NCBI RefSeq assembly: GCF_937873615.1
Contig: NZ_CALMYP010000065.1
Span: forward strand, 97,542 to 161,541
Direction: 5' to 3'
DNA length: 64,000 nt
Source: an uncultured Paracoccus sp.
GTDB taxonomy: Bacteria; Pseudomonadota; Alphaproteobacteria; Rhodobacterales; Rhodobacteraceae
A program made the position numbers and the translations under genes. Positions 50,518-60,608 of this stretch are shown here, piece after piece (position 1 is the first letter of the stretch; each line of letters starts with the position of its first letter). The notes below the pieces were generated by a model, which was not told where the DNA came from, did not search any database, and saw only the letters and a program-made list of their open reading frames with translations.

Positions 50518-51705
50518 TCAGCGAGACGGCGCGACCCGCAGAACCGGGGCCATCGCCGCCGCCCAAAGCGCCAGCAGGGCCAGCATCGCGAAGGACACCC
50601 GCAATCCGAAAAGCTCGGCGACAAAACCCACCACCGGCGGGCCGAGCAGCATGCCGCTGTAACCCACGGTGGCAACGCTGGCGATGGCCGGTCCCGGCGG
50701 CAGGTCCGGGTCGTTCGCCGCACGAGAGAAGACAAGCGGCATGATCAGCGCATAGCCGATTCCGACAAGCGCAAAGCCGAACAACGCCCAGGACAGCCCC
50801 GGCGCGAAGATGACGATCACCAGACCGAGGCAGGCCATCAGCCCGCTCATCCGGGTCACACCGACGGGGCCCAGCCATTGCACCAGCAGCCCGCCCGCCA
50901 GACGCGTCAGCACCATGGTCGCGCTGAACGCCGCATAGCCGAGCGCAGCCTGCGCTTCGCTGACCTGAACGACACGCTGAAGGAAGACGGCGCTCCAATC
51001 GGCCATGCCGCCTTCCCCCATCGAGATCGCCAGGGCGACCAGCCCGACCAGCAAAAGCGGCCCCTTCGGCAGCGCGAACAGCTTCCGCTCGGCATGGCTG
51101 GCGGCAGGGATGGGCGGCGTCGCATCCCGTTCGGGCCACATCAGCCGCAAGGCAATGGCACCACCAATGCCCGCCATCAGCAGGAAATGCGCGGCGGGCG
51201 CCAGCCCCAGCTTCACGGCGATATAGCCACTGGCCGCGCCAAGACCGGCACCCAGGCTGAACATGGCGTGAAAGATCGACATGGTCGGACGCGCCATGCG
51301 CGTCTCGACTTTCGCCGCCCAACCGTTCATGGCGACATCCATCGAACCATGCATCGCCCCAAAGACGAACAGCGCCATCCCCAACAGAATGACCGATGGC
51401 GCCAGCGACAGCGCCACCAGGGCCGGGCAATAAATGATGGCGCAAAGCACCGTCATCCGCGCGGCACCCAACCGTTCGCTGAGACCGCCGGCAAACGGGA
51501 ACGAGGTGATGGCACCGCCGGCCAGGCCCAGAAGCAGGAAACCAAGCGTCGCCTGCGAGAGCGCGAACTCCTCCTTGAAGCTGGGGATGCGCGAGGCCCA
51601 GACGCCGAACAGAAAGCCGTTCAGGGTAAACGCAGCCGTAACCGCGCACCAGCCGCTGTCCGACCAAAGGGCGCGAGAGGGCTGGCGAATCGATTGGTCA
51701 GACAT
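50518..51705 (-). CDS. MFS transporter
   Basis: AF.LNGF.FGVWASRIP, MDVAMN, S.FHAMFSLG, EG.MADWS; about 12 TM helices; GGAG RBS. Confidence 0.88.
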   Translation of the reverse strand: MSDQSIRQPSRALWSDSGWCAVTAAFTLNGFLFGVWASRIPSFKEEFALSQATLGFLLLGLAGGAITSFPFAGGLSERLGAARMTVLCAIIYCPALVALSLAPSVILLGMALFVFGAMHGSMDVAMNGWAAKVETRMARPTMSIFHAMFSLGAGLGAASGYIAVKLGLAPAAHFLLMAGIGGAIALRLMWPERDATPPIPAASHAERKLFALPKGPLLLVGLVALAISMGEGGMADWSAVFLQRVVQVSEAQAALGYAAFSATMVLTRLAGGLLVQWLGPVGVTRMSGLMACLGLVIVIFAPGLSWALFGFALVGIGYALIMPLVFSRAANDPDLPPGPAIASVATVGYSGMLLGPPVVGFVAELFGLRVSFAMLALLALWAAAMAPVLRVAPSR

Positions 51706-51820
51706 AATGCTCCCACCTCTCCGGGGCCGGCGGGCCGCGGAGACATCCTGAAATTGCCTCAATATGGTATGACCTGCCCTAACCCGCCAAAGGCTTCAAT
51801 ATCCCGGCAAGGGCGCCATC

Positions 51821-51849
51821 AAAAAAAAGCGCCCGCACAAGGCGGGCGC
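51821..51849 (-). terminator. Strong intrinsic terminator on the minus strand with no annotated gene ending at it
   Basis: Minus strand reads GCGCCCGC-cttgt-GCGGGCGC-TTTTTTTT. Confidence 0.8.
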
Positions 51850-52014
51850 AAGTCATGAGGCAGGTTTCATACAGGCAAGAAACCTATCGAGCAGTGACTC
51901 ATGTATAGGCGAAACCGCGCGTGAGTCCAAGGCTGTTGTTTGTCACGGTAAACTCGCTCGGCTAGTCTGAGCTTTGAAATAACTGGCATTTGCCACAAGC
52001 AACCCGGGGTCGAG

Positions 52015-53889
52015 ATGCGAATCTTCAAAAAACCTAACAAATCCGCGATCACGGGGCATTTTCTTGCCGCCCTGCTCGTCGTTTCGACTGTTGCCGCGAT
52101 GCCGCGCGCAACCCTTGCCGAACCGTCGCATGGCATTGCAATGTATGGCGAACCTGCCCTGCCCGCGGACTTCACAAGCCTGCCCTATGCGAATCCCGAG
52201 GCCCCGAAAGGCGGCACGATTCGCCTGGCCGAATCGGGCTCTTACGATTCGCTGAAGCCGTGGGTCCTGCGCGGCAGCCCGGCCTGGCCCGTCTTCACCA
52301 TGCCCGGCGTGCTGGCCGAAACGCTGATGCTGCGCTCGCTCGACGAGCCTTTCACCCTTTACGGCCTGCTGGCAGAATCGGTCGAAACCGATCCCGAACG
52401 GAGCTGGGTCGAATTCACCCTGCGCCCCGAGGCCAAATTCTCGGACGGATCGCCGGTCACGGTCGAGGATGTGATGTGGTCCTACGAGACGCTCGGCACC
52501 CAGGGTCATCCGCGCTATCGCTCGGCCTGGACGAAGGTCGAGAAGATGGAACAGACCGGCCCGAACAAGGTCCGCTTCACCTTCAACACCGAAGACCGCG
52601 AACTGGCGCTGCTGATGGGGATGCGCCCGATCCTGAAAAAGGCGCAATGGGAGGGCAAGGATTTCAGCCAATCGGGGATGGAGGTGCCGATCGGATCCGG
52701 CCCCTATGTGATTTCCGCCGCCGATCCCGGTCGCAGCCTGACCTTCACCCGCAATCCCGACTGGTGGGGCAAGGATCTGGCCGTCAATCAGGGCCTGCAT
52801 AATTTCGACAGCGTGATCTACGACTATTACGGCGACAACAACGCCATGTTCGAATCCTTCAAGGCCGGCGAAATCGATGTCTGGCGCGAACTGGACCCCG
52901 CGCGTTGGGCCAGCGAGTTCAACTTCCCCCGCGCCACCTCGGGCGAGATCGTGACTTCGGAAATCCCCAACCAGCGACCCTCGGGGATCATGGGGCTGGT
53001 GATGAACACCCGCAACCCGATCTTCGCCGACTGGCGCGTGCGTCAGGCCATGATCGAGGCCTTCAACTGGCAGTTCATCAATACCGCGCTGTCGGGCGGG
53101 GCCGAGACGCGCATCACCTCGTATTTCGCCAATTCCGATCTTGCCATGACACCGGGCACACCCGCCGAGGGCCGTGAACTGGACCTGCTGGAGCCATTCG
53201 CGGGTGAGCTTCCTCCGGACACGATCGAGGGCTACAGCCTGCCCGAAGGTTCTGAGCAGCCGACCGACCGCCGCGCCATGCGGCGTGGGTTGAAGCTGCT
53301 GGAAGAGGCCGGCTGGACGGTTCAGAACGGCACCCTGTCCGATGCGGGGGGTCGCCCCTTCGCCTTCGAGATCCTGCTGAACCAGTCCGGCGCGGCGATG
53401 ACAAGCGCCTCGGAGATGCGGGAAATCGCCCAGATCTTCAGCGAGGCGCTGCGCCAATACGGCATCCAGGTCACCGTCACCATGCTGGACAGTGCCCAAT
53501 ATGTCGAACGCACCAACAATTACGAATTCGACATGACCTGGTATGACCGCGCGCTGTCGCTGTCGCCCGGGAATGAGCAGATGCTCTATTGGGGCCGCGC
53601 CGGTGTGACCGAACCCGGCACGAGAAACTGGATGGGCATGGATTCCCCCGCCGCCGAGGCGATGATCGCCGAGATGCTGACCGCCGCCTCGCCCGAGGAT
53701 TATCGGGCCGCGGTCCATGCGCTCGACCGGATCCTGACCGCCGGGCGCTATGTGATCCCCGCCGGTTACTCGCCGATCAGCCGCCTCGCCCACGATTCCG
53801 CGCTGAAATTCCCCGCCGAGATCCCGGTCTATGGCGATTATCCCGGCTTCCTGCCAGAGACATGGTGGCGGGAAGATGGCGCGAATTAG
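52015..53889 (+). CDS. Family 5 extracellular solute-binding protein (YejA-like peptide ABC transporter SBP)
   Basis: HGIAMYGEP.LP.DF..LPYANP.APKGG, YGLLAES, F.D.RVRQA, RNWMG; no permease genes beside it. Confidence 0.88.
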   Translation: MRIFKKPNKSAITGHFLAALLVVSTVAAMPRATLAEPSHGIAMYGEPALPADFTSLPYANPEAPKGGTIRLAESGSYDSLKPWVLRGSPAWPVFTMPGVLAETLMLRSLDEPFTLYGLLAESVETDPERSWVEFTLRPEAKFSDGSPVTVEDVMWSYETLGTQGHPRYRSAWTKVEKMEQTGPNKVRFTFNTEDRELALLMGMRPILKKAQWEGKDFSQSGMEVPIGSGPYVISAADPGRSLTFTRNPDWWGKDLAVNQGLHNFDSVIYDYYGDNNAMFESFKAGEIDVWRELDPARWASEFNFPRATSGEIVTSEIPNQRPSGIMGLVMNTRNPIFADWRVRQAMIEAFNWQFINTALSGGAETRITSYFANSDLAMTPGTPAEGRELDLLEPFAGELPPDTIEGYSLPEGSEQPTDRRAMRRGLKLLEEAGWTVQNGTLSDAGGRPFAFEILLNQSGAAMTSASEMREIAQIFSEALRQYGIQVTVTMLDSAQYVERTNNYEFDMTWYDRALSLSPGNEQMLYWGRAGVTEPGTRNWMGMDSPAAEAMIAEMLTAASPEDYRAAVHALDRILTAGRYVIPAGYSPISRLAHDSALKFPAEIPVYGDYPGFLPETWWREDGAN

Positions 53890-53961
53890 GGAACCGGGTG
53901 GCCGGGGCCGGTGTTGCGCCAGAAGGACCGCGATCCGGCCCCTGTTATCAAGGAGTTGCAA

Positions 53962-54297
53962 ATGAAGTGGCACCATGTCGCCGGCAACTGGCCGGCTTTT
54001 TACGAGGCGATCATCGAACGCTGGCCGGATGTGGACGAGGCCGAACTGGACGAGATCGACGGCGATCAGCGCGGCTTCCTGCGCTATATCGCCGAGATCG
54101 AGGGGCTGGAGCCCGAAGAAGCCCGCGAGGAGGTTCGCGAATGGCTGGCCGGCGAGATTCCCGCCGATGTCGTCATGGATGAAAGCCACGACAATATCTC
54201 GATCCGCAACTCGGCCAAATATGTCGGCGAGGGCGAGGACGAATATGACGACGACGCCCGTTTCGGCGATGACGACGAAGATGGCGAAACCGGCTGA
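53962..54297 (+). CDS. Small acidic protein with a CsbD/YjbJ-like N-terminal pattern
   Basis: AAGGAG RBS; W..VAGNW......I.ERW.......LD.IDG pattern of CsbD; D/E-rich tail. Confidence 0.65.
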   Translation: MKWHHVAGNWPAFYEAIIERWPDVDEAELDEIDGDQRGFLRYIAEIEGLEPEEAREEVREWLAGEIPADVVMDESHDNISIRNSAKYVGEGEDEYDDDARFGDDDEDGETG

Positions 54298-54321
54298 TCC
54301 GTCGGGTTTCGCCCTCCGTTC

Positions 54322-55395
54322 TCAGGCCTGAGCGGCGATCCTGACCAGATGATTGTCCCAGGCGAGCGGGTGACGCGCCAGCAGGCGCAGCCCGTCCGGG
54401 TCCGCCGCCCAGACCGCACCGCCGCCATCGGTCAGCGCGAAACTGTCCGCATCGCGCGCCGCCGCCCCGCAGATATCGGCCCGCCTCAGGCTGGCCAGAT
54501 GCGCCCCATCCAGATCGTGAATCATCGCAATCCCGCCCACCGGAGAGGTGATGGCGATCATCCCCCCGGTCGCCGCGACCGAACCGGCATAGCCCTTCAT
54601 CGCATAGGCCTCGCTCTCCGGCACGGGATGGGCGACCAGATCCCCCTCGACCGGTGCAATGCCCAGAAGCGGCACCGGATCGGACGGGTCGCCCTGCCAC
54701 TGCATCGCGAAGGCCACGCCATCGGGCAAAAGCGCCAGATGCCGGATCGAGTCCTGCGCCAGATCGGGCCCGAAGGCACGCACCGAAACCGCCGCCCCCT
54801 CGCCATCCAGAACGGTCAGGTTTGGCTGCATCCGGTCCAGGTTCAGCGGCGTGCGATCCTCGGGATCGGTCTCGATCCCGCCATTCGCGATCACCAGATT
54901 GCCATCTGCCATCAACCGCAGCTCATGCGGGCCGATGCCCTGGCTGTCCCATTCGCCAAGCCGTCGATAGCCGGCGCGCACGTCCCAGACTCCGACCCGC
55001 CCGGCGGACCCCTCGGCCACGACTTCCGAGGTATAAAGCCGCGTCCCATCGGCCGAGAACGCGCCATGCCCGTTGAACTGCCGCCCTTGCGGCGGGCTGA
55101 GGCGGTGGCTGACATGGCCGTCGCGACAATCGACGACCAGCCCGAATGTGCCAGGCCGGCGCGCAAAAGCCACGACTTCGGCGCGATAAGGATGGGCGGC
55201 AGCGGCATGGCCGCGATCCGGCAGGGGCACCGCGAAGGTGATGCCGCCAGCGGCGTCGAGGCCGTGAAGCGCATGGCTGTCATCCGGCAACCTGCCCGCC
55301 GCGACCCATTCCGGCGCCCCGACCGCCGCCCAGCCCCGGATCGGCAGGATCGCGGCGGCTGCCAGCCCCTTCAGCAAGGTCCTGCGGTTAGCCAT
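54322..55395 (-). CDS. DUF1513 domain-containing protein (Tat-exported)
   Basis: NRRTLL Tat signal; RGH, FARRPG, FNGHG.FS.DG, GIGPHE, ANGGI.T. Confidence 0.88.
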   Translation of the reverse strand: MANRRTLLKGLAAAAILPIRGWAAVGAPEWVAAGRLPDDSHALHGLDAAGGITFAVPLPDRGHAAAAHPYRAEVVAFARRPGTFGLVVDCRDGHVSHRLSPPQGRQFNGHGAFSADGTRLYTSEVVAEGSAGRVGVWDVRAGYRRLGEWDSQGIGPHELRLMADGNLVIANGGIETDPEDRTPLNLDRMQPNLTVLDGEGAAVSVRAFGPDLAQDSIRHLALLPDGVAFAMQWQGDPSDPVPLLGIAPVEGDLVAHPVPESEAYAMKGYAGSVAATGGMIAITSPVGGIAMIHDLDGAHLASLRRADICGAAARDADSFALTDGGGAVWAADPDGLRLLARHPLAWDNHLVRIAAQA

Positions 55396-56387
55396 CAGTC
55401 GCCATCCTTGGAATTGAACCCGACGCTCAGCCCGAGCGCCTCGCCGATATCGCTTTCTACCGCCAGCTTGGCCGACCAGACCGCGCGTTCGACCGCCAGG
55501 GCGCGCTTGCGCCCGTCAGGATCTGAGACGCCCTCGAAAACCGGATCATCCAGCGCCTCGGCCTCGGCAATCGCCTTGTCAAACGCCGCCCGCGCCTTTT
55601 GCGCCTCGGGGCGCAAGGCCATGGCCAGATCGCGCATCCCCTGCAGCGACAGGGCGACATTGCGCAGGCTGCGACCCGCCGCGCGGGCCTCGGCGGCGTC
55701 CGGGCGCGGCTTTTCGGGGGTGCCGATGGGGCGTCCCAGCCGCACCTCAGCGAGATGATCGAGCCCGGTAACAAGTTGGGTATAAAGCGCCTGCCGCGCC
55801 TCGACCGGCGCCAGATATCGGCTGTTCTCTGGCGCGCCCGCCGTGGTCAGACTGCCCTCGAAATCGGGCCAATCCGCCGCGATCTCCGCCGCTGTCCGGG
55901 CCAGGTCCGTCGCCGTCGCACGGCGCATCCGGCACAGCACATCCTCATCGCCCTCGACGCCGGGCTGATAAAGCAGGCGCTCCATCCCCGACAATCCGCG
56001 CGCCGCGACCGAGACCGTCGCGAAAGCCTCGGGATCGTCAATCACCGGCGCATTGGCGTCGATCAGCGCCTGTTGCGCCCGCTGGCCCGAGGATTTCTTG
56101 TCGGGCCAGAAGCTGACGGCAAGCGCGCGCCCGCCCTGTTCGACCGGGCCAAGCTGAAAATAATCGATCGAGGCCCAGGCATCCCAGGCCGCCTGATAAG
56201 GCGCCTGCAAGGCCGCGGCCGAACAATCCGCCTGCGCCGCCTGGTCGAGCGCGGTCGCAGCTTCGGCAAAATGCCGATAGGCCGGCCCGATGACATCGCG
56301 CGCCGCCTGATCGACATCGGCGCTGGCTGCAGTTCCTGTCAGGACGCAGAAGGCGCATAGCGTTACGGTTTTAAATCTCATGGGCAT
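55395..56387 (-). CDS. Imelysin-family protein
   Basis: Signal peptide; FWPD.K, GL.GMERLLY, C-terminal GFNSKDGD (GFNxxDGD imelysin motif). Confidence 0.9.
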   Translation of the reverse strand: MPMRFKTVTLCAFCVLTGTAASADVDQAARDVIGPAYRHFAEAATALDQAAQADCSAAALQAPYQAAWDAWASIDYFQLGPVEQGGRALAVSFWPDKKSSGQRAQQALIDANAPVIDDPEAFATVSVAARGLSGMERLLYQPGVEGDEDVLCRMRRATATDLARTAAEIAADWPDFEGSLTTAGAPENSRYLAPVEARQALYTQLVTGLDHLAEVRLGRPIGTPEKPRPDAAEARAAGRSLRNVALSLQGMRDLAMALRPEAQKARAAFDKAIAEAEALDDPVFEGVSDPDGRKRALAVERAVWSAKLAVESDIGEALGLSVGFNSKDGD

Positions 56388-56640
56388 TCTCCGCTGCCTT
56401 GACGGGCTGGCAAACCGGGCTGGCCGTTTTGATTGCAGTCCGGGTCCGCAGTGGGTCCCGGCTTCTTGACGGGATCGGATTGGCAGATTTGGTGCCGGCG
56501 TTCAACTGCCGCCGGCATTCCGCTGCGTTACATGCACGAACGACCCGCTTTGGGCAAAGCCCTGCATCCGCAATCGCGGCAAGGCAGGTTCACCCTTCCG
56601 CCCAACGCGGCGCAACCGTCTCAAACCGGAGCAATACCGA

Positions 56641-56677
56641 AAACGAAAAGGCCGGCGCAAACAGCGCCGGCCTTTTC
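56641..56677 (-). terminator. Intrinsic terminator after recA
   Basis: GAAAAGGCCGGCGC-aaaca-GCGCCGGCCTTTTC, with a T-rich tail on the minus strand. Confidence 0.85.
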
Positions 56678-56696
56678 AGCATGGGTTCGCTGCCGA

Positions 56697-57755
<1,059 letters not shown>

Positions 57756-57816
57756 CCTGCCTACTCCCAGCCCTTATGTCAGACCCACCACCCCTGCTCA
57801 ATCGGCGCGGCATTAT

Positions 57817-57831
57817 GTTCCATAAATGTTC
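57817..57831. promoter_or_regulatory. Alphaproteobacterial LexA (SOS) box GTTC-N7-GTTC
   Basis: GTTCcataaatGTTC about 60 bp upstream of recA. Confidence 0.85.
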
Positions 57832-57890
57832 TCATACGCCAGCACCGCCATTCAGGCAAGCACCTTACGCCAAGGCCTAGCAGGATTTTC

Positions 57891-57906
57891 TTAACCAAAG
57901 GTTTAC
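57891..57906. promoter_or_regulatory. Near-consensus CtrA box TTAA-N7-TTTAC
   Basis: TTAAccaaaggTTTAC, one mismatch to TTAA-N7-TTAAC. Confidence 0.5.
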
Positions 57907-57956
57907 ACCCGAGAGCCGAGGGCTTAGTTCCGCCCCGAGCTACGGGAGGCAACGAC

Positions 57957-58526
57957 ATGCTGATTTTCTGGGATCAGAGGCTGGTGTTCCTGGCAACCCC
58001 CAAAGCCGGATCGACCGCAGTAGAGGTGGCGCTTGAGCCCCTCGCGAGCCTGGCCGTGCAGCGCCCGCATGCGATGAAACATGTCAATGCGACGCAGTTC
58101 CGCCATCATCTGCAGCCCTGGTTGCGCGAGATCGCTGCGGAAGATTTCACCACCGTCGCACTTATGCGCGAACCCGTAGAATGGCTTCGCAGCTGGTATC
58201 GATTCGAGCTGCGCGACAGCGACGCCGATCAGTTGCCGGATTTCGAGCATTTCACCCGCCGTTACCTGAGCGAGCCTGGCGCCGTGACCAACGGGATCGG
58301 CACACAATCCGCATTCCTGGGCGGCGAGACACCGGTTGACCGGATCTTCCGTTACGAGGATATCGACGCCTTTACGGCCTTTCTCGACGACCGGCTCGGT
58401 TGCGAAATCGTGCTGCCACGGGTCAACGTTCCCCCCGCAGCTGATGTGACCCTCTCCCCGGCCACCGAAGCCCAGTTGCGCGAAACGCTGCGTCAGGACA
58501 TCCTGCTATACGAAAGTCTCAGCTAG
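57957..58526 (+). CDS. Sulfotransferase-family-like protein
   Basis: GGAGG RBS; TPKAGST (5'-PSB-like) and MREPVEWLRSWY (3'-PB-like) motifs. Confidence 0.7.
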   Translation: MLIFWDQRLVFLATPKAGSTAVEVALEPLASLAVQRPHAMKHVNATQFRHHLQPWLREIAAEDFTTVALMREPVEWLRSWYRFELRDSDADQLPDFEHFTRRYLSEPGAVTNGIGTQSAFLGGETPVDRIFRYEDIDAFTAFLDDRLGCEIVLPRVNVPPAADVTLSPATEAQLRETLRQDILLYESLS

Positions 58527-60574
58527 GCGGCACGGTTCAGTTCACCGGCCACGGCTGCGATCAGGTCGCTCAGCGAGAATGGCTTTTGCAGAAATGATGC
58601 GCCCTCGACCGGGTTGCGACCGTCCTCGAAGACATCTTCGGTATAGCCGGACATGAAAATCACCCTCGTGCCCGGCCGGTCCTTGAGCGCCTGACGCACC
58701 CAGCTGACACCATCCAGTCCGGGCATCACCACATCTGACACGATCAGCTCGATCTGAAGGCGGTTATCGGTCAAGAGGGACAGCGCCTGCTCTCCCGAAC
58801 TGGCTTCGGTCACCTTGTAGCCACGCAACTTCAACGCCCGGCTTGCGAATGCGCGAACCGGCTCTTCGTCCTCGACAAGAAGGACATGCTGCATTTGCCC
58901 GGCATTGGCTGTCGCCTCAGGCAGGGGCAGCGCGACATCGTCCATTGGCTGTTCGCTGCCCGAATGGACCGGAAGAAAGATGGTGAATGCCGTCCCGACC
59001 CCGACGGTACTCTCGCAAAGAATATAGCCCCCGGTCTGCTTGACGATGCCATAGGCGGTCGACAGGCCCAGCCCGGTGCCTTCGCCGATGCGCTTCGTGG
59101 TAAAGAAGGGCTCGAAAATCTTGCCCTGCAATTCGGGCGCAATGCCGCAGCCCTGGTCGGCGACGGTGACCTGGACATAGCGGCCAGCGGGAACTGCGAA
59201 ACGGCCCTGGTGGAGCGGCTTCTCCAGGTCGAGATTCTGCGTAGAGATGTCAATGCAACCACCATCTGGCATGGCATCGCGGGCATTCACGACAAGGTTC
59301 ATGATCACCTGCTCGATCTTGCTGCGATCCGCGCGCACCGTTTCAAGGCCGGGATCATGTCGAAAGTCGAGCGTGATCTTCTCTCCCACCAGCCGGTTCA
59401 ACAGATGCGACAGGTCCGAAATGGCCTCTCGCATGTCAAGCAGTTGCGGCTTCAGCGTCTGCTTGCGTGAGAAGGCAAGCAGATGACTGACCAGATTGGC
59501 GGCACGATTGGCATTCTGGCTGATCTGGTCAAGATCTGCGTAATCGGGATCGCCCTTGTCATGGCGCAGCATGAGCAGGTCGCAATGACCGCTGATCGCT
59601 GTCAGCAGATTGTTGAAATCATGTGCAATTCCACCAGCCAGTTGACCGATGGCCTGCATCTTCTGGCTTTGGACGAATTGCGCCTCCAGCGTCTTCAACG
59701 CGCGCGCATCCGAGAGGACGGCGATCAACGTGCCCTCTGTCCCCTCTTCCGGGTGAAGCGAGATCTGGATGAAGCGGTCCGGCCCTGCCTTTGGCGCGCG
59801 CAGCACTTCGGGCGGAAGGGGCTGGCGCGATTGCTTGGCTTCTGCCAACCAGCCCTCAAACGGTCGGCCCAAGCCATCAAGCAGTTTCGAGACATGTTGC
59901 CCCGAAGCGCCATCGCCACAATAGGACCATGCCGCCCGGTTCGCCTTCAGGATCACGCCATCGCCGGACAGGCGCAAGATCGCGACAGGCAGCTTGTCGT
60001 AATCCATCGGATCCGGAATTTGTGCGGACTGGCACGACACGAAATGAAGATGCACCACCTTCGAACCGACGCGTTCAGCCCGAAAGGCATTCCCATTCTG
60101 CAGCGGAATCTCATACTTGCCGTGCCGCAATGTTCGGGTCAGCAACCGGTCAGCCTCCCCTTCCGCATCGGCGATATGGCTGGACAGAACATGTGCGAGC
60201 GGCCGTCCCACAAAATCCCCGCGGATTTCCTGCGCGGCGGCTGATTGCGCCAGAATCAGCCCGGCAGAATCGACCGCCCATTCGGGGTTTCGCGCGGCAT
60301 CCAGCGCCGGTTGCAGCCGTGACAGTTGCCGCCGCCGCATGAGTCCTTCGCGCGCATGGGCCAGTGCAAGGCCGCCGCCCAGAAAATACCAGCCGACCAG
60401 CGCCGTCGCGACGCCCATCGACAGCGCAGCACCCGGATTGGGTCGGAGCCCCGCCGCATGTAGCCAGATCTCGCCGATCAAAAGCGGCAGCACCAGAACC
60501 GGCACCCAAAGCCCGATGTGCTTGGGCAACCGCTTCAACAGCTTCTTCATGAGGGCATTCCAAACTGTTTTCAC
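58523..60574 (-). CDS. cckA: Hybrid histidine kinase CckA
   Basis: Two N-terminal TM helices; QSQKMQAIGQLAGGIAHDFNNLL; NLVVNARDAM; FEPFFTTK..GEGTGLGL; receiver SDVVMPG; located between the RsmB-family gene and recA. Start could be 60550. Confidence 0.85.
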   Translation of the reverse strand: MKTVWNALMKKLLKRLPKHIGLWVPVLVLPLLIGEIWLHAAGLRPNPGAALSMGVATALVGWYFLGGGLALAHAREGLMRRRQLSRLQPALDAARNPEWAVDSAGLILAQSAAAQEIRGDFVGRPLAHVLSSHIADAEGEADRLLTRTLRHGKYEIPLQNGNAFRAERVGSKVVHLHFVSCQSAQIPDPMDYDKLPVAILRLSGDGVILKANRAAWSYCGDGASGQHVSKLLDGLGRPFEGWLAEAKQSRQPLPPEVLRAPKAGPDRFIQISLHPEEGTEGTLIAVLSDARALKTLEAQFVQSQKMQAIGQLAGGIAHDFNNLLTAISGHCDLLMLRHDKGDPDYADLDQISQNANRAANLVSHLLAFSRKQTLKPQLLDMREAISDLSHLLNRLVGEKITLDFRHDPGLETVRADRSKIEQVIMNLVVNARDAMPDGGCIDISTQNLDLEKPLHQGRFAVPAGRYVQVTVADQGCGIAPELQGKIFEPFFTTKRIGEGTGLGLSTAYGIVKQTGGYILCESTVGVGTAFTIFLPVHSGSEQPMDDVALPLPEATANAGQMQHVLLVEDEEPVRAFASRALKLRGYKVTEASSGEQALSLLTDNRLQIELIVSDVVMPGLDGVSWVRQALKDRPGTRVIFMSGYTEDVFEDGRNPVEGASFLQKPFSLSDLIAAVAGELNRAA

Positions 60575-60593
60575 GAGGAATAGCCGTGCCGCC

Positions 60594-60608
60594 TTAAAGA
60601 ACCGTTAA
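60594..60608. promoter_or_regulatory. CtrA box TTAA-N7-TTAA upstream of cckA
   Basis: TTAAagaaccgTTAA, 20 bp upstream of cckA; overlaps the stop codon of the RsmB-family gene. Confidence 0.6.

Noticed and set aside
56388-56640. Iron-regulator box or riboswitch upstream of imelysin (CTTGACGGG occurs twice)
   Set aside because: No convincing palindrome or known RNA motif could be identified by eye.
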